Assembly (NCBI GenBank): GCA_026770705.1
Contig: JANJGN010000006.1
Span: forward strand, 148,800,001 to 148,864,000
DNA: 64,000 nt
Direction: 5' to 3'
Source of the DNA: Isurus oxyrinchus
Lineage: Eukaryota
Below the pieces are notes generated by a model. The model was not told the DNA's origin. It searched no databases and saw nothing but the letters and a program-made list of their open reading frames with translations. The translations under genes were made by a program, and so were the position numbers. The first letter of the stretch is position 1. Each line of letters begins with the position of its first letter. Of the stretch, positions 26,931 through 41,549 are shown one piece after another.

Positions 26931-28084
26931 GACTCCATACCCTTTGCATTCCCCACTCTGGGCATGGTATTTGGCTAAACTAGACTGTCACAATTTCACC
27001 ACCCTATTCAATCCTTAGCTGAGTTTCCAACCTCATCCTATTCCACCTGGTAATATTACCTATTTTCACCACTACTGAAACTCTCATCCATGCCTTTGTC
27101 ATTCCCAGATTAAACTATTCCAAAGATCTCTTCACTGGACTCTTATCCTATGCTCTCAGTAAACATCAGTTCATCTGTATTCTATTCCACACCAAGTCTG
27201 TGACCTTTCACCCTGCTATTGTTAGCTGTGTCATCAGCTGATGTGCTCAGAAGTTTCCTCTCTAATTCCCTCTGCCTTTCCATTACCTCCACCTCCTTTT
27301 AAAATTGCCCTTTGACCAAGGCTTTGGTCAATTCTCCTAATATCATCATCTTTGGCCCCACATTCATTATAAACATTTTATAAGCTGACAGAAACATTTT
27401 TTAATTTCTGAAAAAAATAATTTTAAAAGCTTTTCAAGCACTCAAAGAGACTGTTTCTAACCAGCTGCATTTTCTTAATGATTAGAAAATGTAAACATCC
27501 TGATTAGAAATACCTGTTTGAGAGAGACAAATATGAGTAAGTAGAGAGACGGAGAAGAGATAAACAAGACTGATGCATGTCCTAGAGACCAGAAAGAAAA
27601 CATTCAGTTCACTAATTGCAGAGATCGCTTAGACCCAGGAGACTTGGCCCCAGTTTTGCCAGGTCAGATCCTCCCCCCCCAACCCCATACCCTTCTCCTG
27701 CTGACACCTTGCAGACACCTGGAGTCCACCACTGTGCCACTTCTGCAATCACCAAATTTCTCTGTATGATAACCAAAGTATTCAATCCCACTAATGCTTC
27801 CAACCTCTGCCAATCTTCACTCGCACAACAGCATGCCAAACTCTAGGCTTCCCATCTTCATCCTACTAAATCACAAGATTAACCTTTCACTTTTAAAGAA
27901 GCCAAAGATCATTCCCATTGCTACAAAAAGCCCAGGACTGCCCTGTGATGCAGCTAAACCTCACCTCAATCTCTTGTACTGCTTAATACCAGATATCTAC
28001 TTCCAACAAACATGTCTTGCACACCACCTTGTTATGGATCCCTGGATTTGAAAAAGGGTATGGGGTGAAAAGTAATAAATATGT

Positions 28085-28437
28085 AACTCACTAAGGCTCC
28101 TTAGACAACACTTTCCAAACCCACAACCACTACCATCTAGAAGGACAAGGGCAGCAGACACATGGGAACACAACCACCTGGAAGTTTCCCTCCAAGTCAC
28201 TCACCACCCTGACTTGACAATATATCACCATTCCTTCACTGTCACTGGGTCAAAATCCAGGAACTCCCCTCCCCCCCTCCCCCTCCCCCTCCCCCCAAAC
28301 AGCACTGTGGGTGTACCTACACCATATGTACTGCAGCAGTTCAAGAAGGCAGCTGACCAGCACCTTCTCAAGCAATTAGAGATGGGCAATAAATGCTGGC
28401 CTAGCCAGCGATGCCCACATCCCATGAGTGAATAGAA
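28085..28437 (+). mobile_element. LINE 3' end (CR1/L2-superfamily-like), tail shared with the SINE at 62.5 kb
   Basis: Ends with gggcaataaatgctggcctagccagcgatgcccacatcccatgagtgaat, which matches the reverse complement of ~62514-62560. Confidence 0.7.
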
Positions 28438-29969
28438 AAGATGTATATAAAGGCCACTGACTTAGTTTCCTCAGAATAAGGGACAAAGCTGTGGAAATCC
28501 ATCTCCAAAGCACCAGTTAAAATTCCAGAATCTCATTTATAAGGAACTCGATTTAAGCACTGATATCAAATCTTATATGTCAAAATCATTCTTATGAATA
28601 CAAAATAAGCTGGTCCTCTCACTTACTGTGAGGAATGCCACAAGAGATTTGCTTTTGTGTGCATTTTTTAAAAAGAACAAATGTGTTTAATGTTAGTCTT
28701 ATATTTAACACATACCCTCCACACTTCACACATCAAAATGTGTTACTCAATGCAAAGCAATCCATACAAAAAGAAAACTAGGCATTGCATCCTGCACCCT
28801 TACATTTACAAGCTTTATTGACCTCTAATTGACCAGAGGAATTTACAAGCACCTATAATTATCTGGATTCCCACTGGGAGTCTTCATGCCTTTGCCTTGA
28901 TGGGACAGGCCAGGTTAGCAGTTAAATCACTGCCATGCTCCAGGGCCCAGACTACCCTTAAATAACATTACTGGAAACCTGTTGAGCATTGCTCTGTGTA
29001 ACAATGTTAATTTCACCAAGGATATTAAGGCTTTTTTTTGTGCATACATGAATGTAAAAATATTTGCATATGCATCAAGCAAACTACATAGTATATAGAA
29101 TTATACAGCCCTGATAGTAGATTTCTATTGTGTGAGCAATCAGTGTTTCAGAAGTGTTGTTTGTGAATTCCACTGTGAGCTGGGACAGCAGTGCAATCTG
29201 GAAGACCAGGTGATGGCAGGGTAGCTGGAAATTAAGTCCTATGTGAAGCATGATAAGTGAACCATAAGTAATTTATGAAGTGAATATCTTGTACAGTTAA
29301 ATGGTGACAACTGCTGGAAGATGTTGAGTTCTTGATAGAATTTATGTGTATTGACGATTAATTGCTTAGTAAAGAAAACACAGACTCTGAAGGCCACAGT
29401 ATTACATTGGAAAATTTCAACATAGAAAATACTTGCTTTTATGTGGTGCTCCTTCATAATCAAATTTCTCCATGTTCAATTAATTGATTTTTGAGGTGTA
29501 GCCAGTGTTTTTATATAGGTAACATCCTATTTGTTATTTAATTGAGAGCTGTACCTATGCTGCATGCCATTCCCTGATTGATAGTATCCTGTTCCAGTGC
29601 TGCCCTTATTCTGGCTATTAAGAAGTCCCAAGTGCAGCTGGGAGTGATTCACTTTTTATTTACATGTTTATAATTATCACTCCTTGTTGATGGAGAATAC
29701 AACACAATTGGCATCTTCTTGCCTTCTCATGTTGATGAGTTGGTTAGAGGGTAGAGAATGTTTTGGAAGATCCTGTGTCCTACCAATCTGGTACGTTGCT
29801 GGTGATGAGTGATCAATAAAGCCTTTCAGATTTGACTTTTGTGGGGTTTTCTTTAAGAATGATCTAGCTTATTAATATGTTGCCAAAATGGATTCTAACT
29901 GATGCCACAGTGCTATGATGGACAGCTTTTAGGTTATCACTAGTCACTGATGTCATTAGTGTTTTGATT

Positions 29970-30112
29970 TTCAGAGGTCGATAGATTTCTAGATGTTAAG
30001 GACATCAAGGGATATGGGGAATCATGCAGGAAAATGGCATTGAGGTAGAAGATCAACCATCTAGCTGAATGACAGAACAGGCTTGAGGGGCCGAAGGGCC
30101 CACTCTTTCCTA
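29970..30112 (+). mobile_element. CR1 3'-end fragment
   Basis: gaggtcgatagatttctag..atcaagggatatgggga..gaacaggcttgagggggccgaagggcccactc is a typical CR1 3'UTR, similar to the reverse complement of 57580-57730. Confidence 0.7.
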
Positions 30113-31671
30113 ACTTGATTTATATCACTATTTATCATAACTCTTTGCTTAATATAGTAAACCTAACTAATTGATGTCAGACAATACAAGACAATATCTT
30201 ATAGATTCTTTCCATGTTTGAATCTGAACACATTTAGCACAAACCAAATAGTTTAGAAAGACTGGTATAATTGGCACTGGTCTGATTGTGGATGTTACAA
30301 TCTATTTAGCTGCATTATTAGCATGATCAGCATTGTGAAGAGCCATTTAGAACTCTTGATATAGTTATGGTTGGCACATTTGGGTATTTTCATGGGCACA
30401 GATTAGCTAGGTTTATAATGGTGATGCAGCTTGCAGGAACAGTGCAATAGCAGCAGAGTTGGCATAATTGGAACATTTTGTTCAGCATTAACAGCGACAG
30501 CCACAGATGGGATATTTTTCATTAATAAGGACCTTAACTGCCTGCAGCAAATGATTGCCCTGATTTGGGATCTGACACCAGCAGCATTGCTCATTTATGT
30601 CTAGCTCAGCTGTAGTCACCACATTGAGGTTGCAAGTATTTAATCAAACTTCCATTTAAACTATAGATATGGAGTTACTAGCACCATTGGTACTTAAGTG
30701 ATCATATGGAAGAGCAGGATTGTTTATAGCAGGCAGCCTAAGCTTGGGATAACTGAACGATATTTTGGTTTTCTATGTTCATGAAATCCTGCTGCATCAT
30801 TTTGTACTTTAAACAGAAGGCTCTTGTGTTTTTTTTTATTTCTCCACCTGATTTGTTTCTCTCTCTTTCCAGGACATACCTCGTAATGGTAGGGTTGATT
30901 TTGAGCTAACGAGGACCATATGTGCCCTCAACCTCTGTTTTCCCCATGGCCATGGCCAAAATCAGATCTCTGATGTTGAACTATTTAAGCCCAACCCCCA
31001 CACTTCTCCCACTTCTATCTCATGCTTGTTTCATGAGATTACCAAAAAGTACATTTTTCTCCTCCTTTGTTTTTGTTCATTTACATTCACTATGGCAGTA
31101 TGTTACATAATCTGTACCTCCTCTGCTATTGCTCTTCGTGTATTAAAGAATAAATTCATATGCTTATCTAAAGGTTGTATTGTGTTCATTCCTTTCAAAT
31201 CTCCACTCCTCCATGTTTTTCCATTTTCCTGCTGAGATGCAGTTTCACAGGTGCTGGCTGTCCTCCATGCTTCAGCCAAATGGCTATTCTTCACTGTGAG
31301 TCTAGATGACAAATATTGGGAAGCTATTCAACTATATGGGATGTCACAGTTGATCTTGAGTGTGCCCTTGCCACATTTCCTTGGAGAGGCTGCTTGATGT
31401 GAATATAATTGGGAGCTTTGATTTTTTCCTTCTTTGGCCAGTTGTAGTGCAACCACAGCCACCCTATCTGAGACCACCAAACTTTGAACAGATCAGTGAT
31501 CGAATCTGGAACCTTCCTGGTTTGTGTGACGCTGTACTACATTATGTGATTCATTTGCCCAATACAGCCTTGGGACAGTCCCCCATTCAATTTTTTTTAA
31601 TTATTCAAAAGAAAGCAAGAAAGCAGTTGTGCAAGATCCACCTACTTCTGGCTCAGCCGCTTTTGGATCCA

Positions 31672-32320
31672 AACAACAATGGTTTATATTCACATAGTGC
31701 CTTTAACTTAAAACATGCCAACGTGCTTCACAGAAACTTTATAAAACAATATGACACTGAGCCACATAAAAAGGTATAGGGTCAGATAACCTCTTTGATC
31801 AAGCTTTTGGTCATTTTTAAGGAGTGTCTTAAAGGAGGAAAGGGGGGGTGGAGAGGTGTAGGGAGGAAATTTCAGTCTTAGGGCCTGGGTAACTGAAGGC
31901 ACTGTCACCAACAATGAAGCAATTAAAATCGGGGGTGCTTAAGAGGCTGTAATTCGAGGAGTGCAGATATCTCTGAGGGTTGTAGGCTGGAGGAGCTTAG
32001 AGAGCGAGGAAAGAGTGAAGCCATGGAGGGATATGAAAAGAAGGATGTGAATTTCAAAATCAAGATGTTGCTTGACCAGGAGCTAAAGTATATCAGTGAG
32101 CACAGAGGTGAAGGTGAACAGGACTTGGTTTAGTTAAGAGATGCAGCAGAGTTTTGGATGACCTCAAAGTTTAGCAAAGCTAGAATATGGGAGACTCACC
32201 AGGAATGCATTGGAATAGTCAAGTCATGAAGTTCCAAAGTCATGAATAACAGTTCCAGCTGCAGATGAACTGAAACAGAGGCAAAGTCAAGCCTTGTTAG
32301 GGAGGTGGAAGTAGGCAGCC
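31672..32320 (-). mobile_element. L2-clade LINE 3' fragment
   Basis: Reverse complement is similar to 38800-39385 (e.g. gcagcagagttttggatgacctcaa, gcagatgaactgaaacagaggcaaagtcaa). Confidence 0.8.
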
Positions 32321-33319
32321 ACCCTATTCTTGGATTTGAGCACATAATCTAAACTGGTATTCTCAGTGTCATGCTGAGGGTATGCTCCATTGTTGGAGGC
32401 ACTTTTGAGCAAGACATTGAAATTGAGTTACTATCTACCATGGTTTAAGGCACTATGTGAACTTGGTTAGGCACATAAATGCAGTTGAACTACAGATAAC
32501 CATGATTTAGTAAAAAGGCAGAACAGGCTTGAGGAGCTAAATAGCTTATTATTATTCCTATATTATCCTATTGTCCTGGCTAACAGTTTTCCCTCAATAA
32601 ATTATACCAAGAACCAGATTAACTGGGTTTTCACCCTATTGCTTTCTGTGAGTACATGTTATGCATGAAATGACTGCAGAGTTAGCCTTCATAAGAGCAG
32701 TAGCTGTAGGTCCAAGTGGCTCAGTGTATGCAAAATGTTTGAGATGCCTCTTACCAGATACTAATGCAAATTCTCCTCTTATGCATGAATAATAGTCATT
32801 GTCAAAAATAGTTTTAAAACTGTTAGTTACAATTTGTCTCTTTCCTCTTTCTTGACAGTTTTATCTTCCCTGGAGTATGGTTCCAGGTGCACAAATTGAC
32901 CTCTAGTTTCTCACCATGTAGCAATATTTTTAAAGAATCTTGCCAGTGAGTGCATGCAGCTATTGCATCATGGGGAGCATCACAGCTGAGCCTAATCCTT
33001 TCCTTGAGAAACATTTAGACACGCACTTCCAAAAGTATGGTAATCGGGGAGTGTGGGGGATCTAGTCCAATTTTTTTTAGCCCAAATTTGTTTGCCTCCT
33101 TGTCTTAGGATGCAGAAGCCAATTAAACTATCCATACCACCCTTTTAGCTGAGATCAGTTAACAGCATTGTTTGGTGATTGAACCTCCTTTCTTCATCTA
33201 TATGACTCACTGCATAAATCCCTTGTTTCAATAGATATGTATATACATTGGTGAATTTTAAAACAAAATGTATTATAATAGTAAAATATGAGGTTAGCTG
33301 GAGGAAAAAAGTTGACAGG

Positions 33320-33667
33320 ACAAGAACTTGCATTAAATATACCACCATTTGTAGCCAAGGAAGTGTAGTCACTGCTGTAATGTTGGGAATGAAAGTGGCC
33401 AATCAGCCCAAAGCAAGTTCCCACAAACGGCCATGAGATAAATGAACAATGTGATAACGATTGGCCAGAACATCAGGGCAAATTCCCCCGCTCTCCTACA
33501 AATATTGTACTGTCATGGGATCTTTTACATCCACCTGAGGACTCGATTTAGAACCTCCATCAGTGCAGCATTCCCTCAGTGTTAGCCTACATTACATGCT
33601 CAAGTCTCTCAAGTGGGGTTTGAACCTAAACGATTCTGAGAAGGTGAGAGTTTTACCACTGAACTAT
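33320..33667 (-). mobile_element. Deu-domain SINE copy
   Basis: Reverse complement of the 45.2-kb element (gggatcttttacatccacctgag, cagtgcagcattccctcagt, caagtctctcaagtggggtttgaacc). Confidence 0.7.
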
Positions 33668-33699
33668 GACTGACAAATAAAGTTTATGTTTGTACATGG

Positions 33700-33900
33700 T
33701 ATGGGGGTTAGTTGGCTCAGGGCTAGATGACTAAAATGTGGTACAGAATGATGCCAACAGTGCAGTTTCAATCCTTGTACCAGCTGTGGTAGTTCATGGA
33801 GGTCTGCCCCCTTGCCCCCATGCAGAGTGGTGTCCCTCAAGCTATGCAACTACTTGTCTCTTCCCTGGGCTGCCGTCCCTCGTGGACTATGGCTAATTAC
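33700..33900 (+). mobile_element. Short tRNA-headed SINE (decayed)
   Basis: ggttagttggctcagggctaga..atgatgccaacagtgcagtttcaatccttgtaccagct has degenerate tRNA-like A/B boxes. Confidence 0.5.
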
Positions 33901-34539
33901 TTTATACAGCACACAGATAACATTAACTCGTGTAGTGTCTGATCATTGTTTGCTGAAATGAATCCTATAAATAACAATACCATTAACACTGATCAGAATT
34001 AAGTTTACATTCGACAGATTTTCTTGTAACAAACATCTACATTGTGTCCATGCGTGAAAAGGATCCTGAAGTAGCAAAATAATCAAAAAGACCAAATAAA
34101 ATTGCGAGTTCTCCCCACACACTGGTTAGTACCGTTGTCTCTATATCATGGGTCCAACAGAAATGAAAGAGGTGCAGCAGTGAACACTTTTCATTGACAG
34201 CTTGCAGCATCTTTAAAAAGTGTTGAGCACTGTACATTTTCCCCAAATAGAACGAAAGAACAAGAGTGAGAAAACAGCCTGTCCTGCTTTACAAGAGTGA
34301 CGACATTTCAAAATTTTAGCTGTAAAGAGCTGGACGCCCTGAGGTCATGAAAGGTGCTGCATAAATGCAGGTCGTTTTTTTCTGGAATGATAAAATGCAG
34401 GATTTTCTTCGTGATTCCTGCGAGATGATGTCAGTCTTCATTGTGACGTTTTAAGGTATTTTATTTGCCTCGGGTAGAAGATTATTTCTTCCCTGGTCTG
34501 CTGCCATGTACCTTTTGGAAAGCTGGTTAAAAATAGAAT

Positions 34540-34945
34540 TGGGAGAGCCTTGGAGAGCCTCTTAGCTGGGAAATGGTAACGGAATAGGACAAAATGCAAA
34601 AAGGGAGAGGGAAACAATGCCGTTTTAACACTTTTAAAAGGCTACATAGATATCAAGATATGTAAGGCATATCAAAAGGGCGCTTATTTAAGATGCTAAA
34701 AATTAAAAGGGAAGTGGGAAAACATTTATTTTTGCGGAGAGATCTATAGAATATGCAATTCTCTCCCGTGATCTGCGGTAAAGTCAATAAGCTATTTTAA
34801 AGGGGAATTAGAAAGTTACTTGGCGAAATTAAAGTTTATGGAGAGCCTGCAAATAAAACGGTGAGATTGGGTGAGGGGCTCATGTGGAGAAAAAGACCAG
34901 TAATGATTGGATGGGCCAAATGGTCTGTTTCTTTGCTATAGCGTA
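34540..34945 (+). mobile_element. Decayed CR1-like 3' fragment
   Basis: Ends in gggctcatgtggagaaaaagaccag..gatgggccaaatggtctgtttctttgcta, a CR1-type tail. Confidence 0.5.
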
Positions 34946-34949
34946 TGAC

Positions 34950-36200
34950 AAGTTCTGGGATTTACTAATAAATCCGGTTTAGCTAAAAACGATGTAACTA
35001 TCAGAGTTTGAATGTTTCAGGCTGTGGTTCACTGTTTTGTGAGCTTGGTGCAGCGCAGTTGAAATCATACAGCAATCCGTCAGCTGTCTGGTATCGCTTC
35101 TGAACTGAGAACCACTCACTTCCCAGTTCTTTATCCGCGTTCTCTGGCACATGTAACCCGTTTCTCAGAGGGAGGCGACCAGTTTGATTTTTTTTTTTAC
35201 ACTCGTTTTCTCGCTGCCTTTGTGGGAATCCTTTTGTGTATGTTTCACACAAAACGGCCAAGATCAGGGAATCGCTGGCAGGCTGCCGCGTACTCTCACG
35301 TCAGCCTTCAGGGTGTCGGGCACGCCCAGGTAGGAACAGCTTCGCGCCCATCTAATTGATAAAGAGCTGGCGCAACATAATCAAACTATGAAGACTTAGG
35401 AAAAATACGTTCCCTTTCGTTCACTGGACGACGATTGCACACTGTGCTCCGAAGTCCCCCAAGCCTGGAAGCTCCCAGGTTTGTTTTTAATCCGTGCTGA
35501 ATTAGCCAATACTCGAGGCAACGACGAGGACCTGAAAGGGTCTTTGGTGGCTCAAGACGAGGGAAGAAGGAAATCCGTTCCTGCTCTTAATTGCTGTCCA
35601 AATGGGAACCACCCCCCTCCCCCCATCCTAATGTTTGTGGTGCATTCTACAGTCAAACATCGAACTCAACAGGCTAAGACGTAAACGGTACATATTAGGG
35701 GACTGTTAATGTGAGAGTTATAACTTTTGGGAGAGGATGATCGAGTAACAACTGTTGGGGGGAGGGGGGAGAGGGGGGAGGAGGTTGGGAATCAGCATTT
35801 TGTTGGAGTGGTGTTGCAAATGCTTTCCTCAGGTCTCTGTCTGTGAATATCCTTTGCGTCATTTCCTGATTTCCCAGTAAGAAACGAACTTTTTTTTTAA
35901 ATAAAAAGACACAAACACATGAAAATCTTCTGTTTCACGTATGTTATAAATCATTTAAAAATAATAATGCCGACAGACTCGTTCGCTTCTGGAAACATTC
36001 AAATAATTGGTGCAGAAGAAAGGCAAATCGATTTGCTTTATTGTACCCAAACCCTGGAGTTAATTGTAACTTCTGACACACACAGTTATGCTTCGTTAAA
36101 CACAAACAAAAACTATCGCAGTAAAATTTGACAGTTCTTGTTACTATGTTATAACTAGGGCGGAGTTATCCGCCCCGTTCTCTTTTTATCTCTATAGTTA
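34950..36200. promoter_or_regulatory. Small CpG-rich island, candidate enhancer or alternative promoter
   Basis: Local CpG enrichment, CRE-like TCACGTCA at ~35296, donor-like CAG|GTAGGA at 35329. Confidence 0.35.
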
Positions 36201-37099
36201 AACATAAACATGTAAGATATTGCAGAACATGTCTTCTTTCACCCAAGGTGGATTTCATAACTATCACCTACCTTCATGGATAATTATGGCTCCTCGTTGC
36301 TCATTCTCAAAAAGACTTTTATTTCACATGCATCTTATTACTGCACAACGAATTATTTTGATTTGAAGGCGGCTGTCTAAACTTATCCTCGTTCAAAAAA
36401 CAGCAATTGGTATGGATTATTTTCATATTGGTAGGTACATTAGTATCAGTGTTAGATTTATATGCACAAAAGGGCCGAAACATACAGGAGACCCATCTCC
36501 ACTAACACCACTGTACTGCAAGACCAAAGGCATCCAGCTCAAGTTGCCAACTCTGTACTGAAGCTTCCAATCCATTCCCCGTCCCCAGCTACTTGCTTGG
36601 ACAGAACCCTATGATCTGACACGCTGGTGTCCTCTTTGATCATAAACTGAGCTTCAACCTAATTTTATAAAATGTAGCTTGCTCTTTCCATCTCCTATGA
36701 CATCATACTCATCTGCCCTGATCTCATCCCCAACACTATTTAAGCCCTTATCCATATCTTCATAATCTCTAACATGCTTAACGTTCTCTCCAGCTCCATT
36801 GTACACAACTTTATACTTGCCCAAAATGTCACCACTTTGTCCCCATTCTATGAATAATGCTTGTGAGACTACATTTATTGCTCATTCCTAGCTGCCCTGA
36901 GAAGCTAGTGATGGACTTCCTTGAATTGATTGGATTATAGTGCTCTCATGATGGTTAGCTAAGACCAGCAATGATGAAGAATAATTATATGCACAAGGGA
37001 AGATAGTGAGTAATTTACAGGGAAACTTGAAGGCAATAATGGATTATAACATTTTCTGGGCTTGTCCTTGAAGAAGTTACAACAAAGACAGAGGTATAT

Positions 37100-37715
37100 T
37101 AAAGTAACTTGGGTGAGTTTCTATAATCTACCCTGCAGCCACAATGCAGTGGTGCCTAGGTTGAGAACTGGAGAAGCATCACCAGTGGTTCCTTCACAAG
37201 ATCCTCCAAATCCAGTGGAAGAAAGGTGGTCCAACAGCAGCATCCACTCCCAAGCCAACATACCCAGCATTGAGGAGCTAATCACTCAAAATCAGCTCTT
37301 CCAGGAGGGATATATTCACACACCCGACACCAGACCACTGAAGCAACTGTTCTGCTCAGAACTCTTTACAGGAGACTCTCAGAAGGACAATGGTAGCACT
37401 TTAGGGATGTCCCAAAAGCATCCCTGAAGTGATCAAACATCCCAATTGACTCATGGGACTCCCTGGCTTTTGACTGACCAAAATGGAGAAGGTTCATTCG
37501 GGAAGGCACCAAACACATCATGACACTTTGTTGAGAACATGTAGAGACAAAGGCGAGGTTTCAGGGAGAGCGCACAAGTCTACCAACAACTTATCTACCT
37601 GACCCTTCAAGCATGCGGTAGCTTGCAGATTGCACATTGGACTTAACAGCCATCTCAAAACCCCGTGAACTAGAGTGCAAGCAAGTCATCCATAGTCCCG
37701 AGCAACTGCCTAAGA
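37100..37715 (+). mobile_element. RTE-clade LINE 3' fragment nested in an older minus-strand LINE (~36865-38030)
   Basis: Translation ..KILQIQW..WSNSSIHSQANIPSIEELITQNQL..PDTRPLKQLFCSEL matches the RTE/BovB-like C-terminal pattern (IL.I.W.D...N..VL...QLRW.GH..RM.D.R.PKQ.FY.EL). Confidence 0.75.
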
Positions 37716-38409
37716 TGTTGATTGAGTCCAGTGATTTAGGCACAGATCAGAGTAAGCAGCCCTTGCTTGTGCAAAGTATCCTGAGTATTTGCAGAAAGCA
37801 AGGTGATTGAAGAGTGCTGCATCACAATCCGGAAGCCTTGTAAATTTTGGAGAAGCTCAGAATGAGGGTGTGATTCAGGTATTAGTGTTCTCAGCCTCTG
37901 CTGTGCACTTGTAGCCAAAGTTTTGTTATGCTGGACCAGATAAGCTTCAGGTCAGTGATGACTCCAATATGTTGATACTGGGGGCTTCAATAATGGCACC
38001 ATTGAAGGTTGCAGAGAAGCTTGGGCTTCCCCTTATGAGGGAACAGGCTTTACAATGCACTCTCAGTCTTGGCCTTGCTCTCTTTCAGTGGCTCTCTATC
38101 ACTCAGCACATTCAATCCAAATTTGTTCCTACATGTGCAACCTCTTCCAGGTCATTATTTTATTTTCTACTTTTTCATCTCTGACCTCCTTGGCATCTTT
38201 TCCCGTCACATTTAGTGAGAAACTTTTCACCCCTTTTGGGCCTAAGCTCCGGGATTTTCTCAAGTTTCTACAACTGGATACTTCTTACCCCACTTTTTAT
38301 AGGCTCCTCAAAACCTATCTAATCATAGCCAGAGAATCGCTTGCAATGGCTTCTCTTCCTGTTCCCCTCGGTACACCCCCCCCCCCCCCCCCCCCGGATC
38401 TTTCCTTAG

Positions 38410-39385
38410 TCCCTCCTATTTCTCATCTAAATGCCGCCCCTCAGTGACATCATCCAAAAACATAACATCAGTTTCCACATGAATACTGACAACACCCAGC
38501 TCTACCTCACGACCACCTCTCTCAATTCTTCTATTGTTTTGAAAAAATCAGACTACTCGTCTAACATCCAGTACTGGGTGAGCAGAAAAGTCTTCCTTGT
38601 GAATGTGGGGAAGACTGAAGCTAATGGATTTGGTCCCCACCACAAACTCTGCTGTCTTGCTGCCAGCTTCCACCCTCCCTCCCCCAGGTAAATGTCTGAT
38701 GCTCTTCGCAAACTTACTTCACATTTGACCCCGAGGTGAGCATCCGGTCACATATTCACACCATAACTAAGCCCACTTATTTTCATTTACTGTAATATCA
38801 TTGGACTCTGCTCCTGCCTCAGCTCATCTGCTGCTGAAACCCTCGTCCACACTTTGTCACTTTTAGTCTTGACTTCTATTGAGAGCTCCTGGCTGTTCTC
38901 CCATGTTCTTTCCTCTGAAAACTTGATGTCATCCAAAACTCTGCTGCCCATGTCCTTATTCACACCAAGTTCCATTCAACCATCATCCCTGAGGTCATTG
39001 TCCTACATTGGCTCCTGGTTTTAAAATTCCCACCCTTGTTTTCAACTTCCTCCAAGACCTTGCCCCTCTGGATCTCTGTAATCTCCTCCAGCCCCTCAAC
39101 CCTCGAGATATCAGCCTCTTAATTCTTGCCTCTTAAACATCCCTGACTTTAAACATTCAACCATTGATGTTCCCACTTTTAGCTGTTTGGACCCTAAGCT
39201 CTGGAATTCCCTCCCTACACCTCTTCACCTTGCTTTCTTGCTTTGCTTCTTAAAGCCCCACCTCTTTGATCAAGCCTTTGGTCATTTGTCCTAATATCTC
39301 CATGTGGCTTGGTGTCATTTGTTTTGCTTTATAAGGAATCACCTTTGGACGTTTTATTACATCAAAGGTGCTATATAAATATGTC
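38410..39385 (+). mobile_element. L2-clade LINE 3' portion (RT remnant + 3'UTR)
   Basis: ORF PLSDIIQKHNISFHMNTDNTQLYLTT is a degenerate L2 FH.YADDTQLY motif; ends in aaaggtgctatataaat, a tail shared with Deu-type SINEs. Confidence 0.85.
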
Positions 39386-41549
39386 ATTGTGATTACCTTC
39401 CATGATGAATGTTTTAATGCATTGTATTTACTGTGTTAAAAGTGTTATAAATGGAAGTTGTACCAATTTATTGAAAGATAAGAAAATTTGTCTGTTGCCT
39501 GTGATAATGAGATGTTCAGCATTTCACACAGTACGAATGTATGCAGGACACGAATCTGTATCCTGTGGGGGGAAAAAACGTTTGGATTAAACATTTAACT
39601 GAGACGACAAAATCGCTAACGGGTAGATTAAGCAAAAGTCGGTAGTAAATACATTTTTAATCAAAATTATAAAGCAATTTCTTGTCCCGCGAGAAATAGT
39701 GTGTTATTTCTAATATCTTGTTTTGAAACCTGATTTTTGTCTCGGTTGTGAACAGAAAGTGATCATTGTGGGGAAAATTCATGGTCACTGCGGAGATGAA
39801 GGCTTATGATACAAGGAAGAGGCAACAGTGTACATTCTAGGCACAGGACATTTTACAGCAGCTCCGGTTAACAGTTCACAAAGTTACGAAATGTTTATAG
39901 GGACACGATTACCAAGTTGATTCTGCAGTTCAGAGCCGTGATAAACTCGGATCACTTTCCAGACCGAACTAATCGTCAATCCATTTCCCAGATGCTCGGC
40001 AGCTCCCGCTATGAATGAAACTGTTGGGAGTTTGGAAGTGGCCGCCCACAATGAATGAATGTTTTTCATTCAAGACAGATTCGCCGCGTATTAGCACAGA
40101 CGGACATCAATTACTTTTTATACAGTTTAGCCGCCAAGTCAAATAATTATGCTTTACCTTCGGTGTAGTTGTTGGACCTTAAATTCTTAAAATTAGTGAA
40201 ATTTACCTACTCCAACCGATGATACTAAAATTCACCTATAATGAACTGCGACATGTAATGGGTTCCAACAAAATGTGAAATTCGTTCTTCGTATAACTGC
40301 AAATGGCCAATAGAGTTGTTATATAAATCGAAGTTATTGCTGCGATACCATAGGCAGTCTGAGGTTGTGTAGAAGTATTTTATTAAACATTCGCGACATG
40401 AAATCAATATTAAACCCTACGGGCTTTGTAACCCTCCAAGGACAGCTTCTTATGGGAGGGGGAGCGGGGTTGGGGGGGGGGGGGGGGGGGCGGTGGTCAG
40501 AGAGACCCGGAAAGTGAGCAGCCAAATTAAGGCGGATGTCTTAGTTTAATACAGGTAAAGGATCTTCCCCTTCACGGAATTAAGACAACGAGAAACTAAC
40601 AAAAAATAAACCCGGTATTGCCGTGTTTATCAGGTTATTTTTGTTAACCCCAGGTTAGAATCTCTAACCAAGCGGGCTATCGGCAGATGTTGCACTGGGT
40701 ACTAATTTGTAAAACTCCCAGGAACCGTCCTGGGAACAATATTTACCTGCTCTCGGTGCAAGGTTCCTGATGTTCAATGATTCCCTTCCCCCGCCGCCGC
40801 CCCCCCCCCCACCCCACCCACGCCAAGGAAACCTGAACACAGGCCGAATAGCCGGCCGGCCTCCTCCCTCTTTTGGGTTTTCCTGGGAATCTGCACAGTC
40901 TGATACCGTCATCGAAAGCCCAGTAAGAAAAGGGAAACGAGCGCGTTAACACCGTGTAATTTGGTGTTACAGGTGACTCCAAACCCTGGCGTCCATTGCA
41001 CATGTTTGTCGGCCTCTGTCTTCCATTCAAGGAGCTGCTCGGTTTGGGTCATCCGTGTACCTCTTTGGAGGTGTGTTTTTATTCGCCAGAATGGTGCGTG
41101 GTGATAACTAGTTTAAGCCCGGCCCTGCGGATGAAGGACGAGTCCCTGGCGTTGCCAAGCTCACGGTTTAGAGCTCCCGTAAACTCAATTCAAGATCGCA
41201 ATTGTGACACCCATGAGGGTCAGTGTTTGAAGTAACATTTCAGATGCGGTTCGTTTCAAACCCATGTCACAGCGAAATCTAAATGCAGCAGAGGGGGCCA
41301 GGTTGCGGGATAATGGTTGGGTCGGGGAAAATTCATCATTGCCTGCATGCCCTGAGAAAACGGGTCGAAGGCTGACGCTGAGAGCAAGAAATAATCAGAA
41401 GTAATCCACGGTAGTCTGCTGCTGCAGGAGTAAAATGCAGCCAGCGAGCTTTCCTCACGGCGCTCCGCTGCGCCGACCCAGGCGACGATCCGACGAAATT
41501 CTCAAGTTCCTGCTGCGGAGATAATTTTCCCAACAGAATTAATCTTTTA

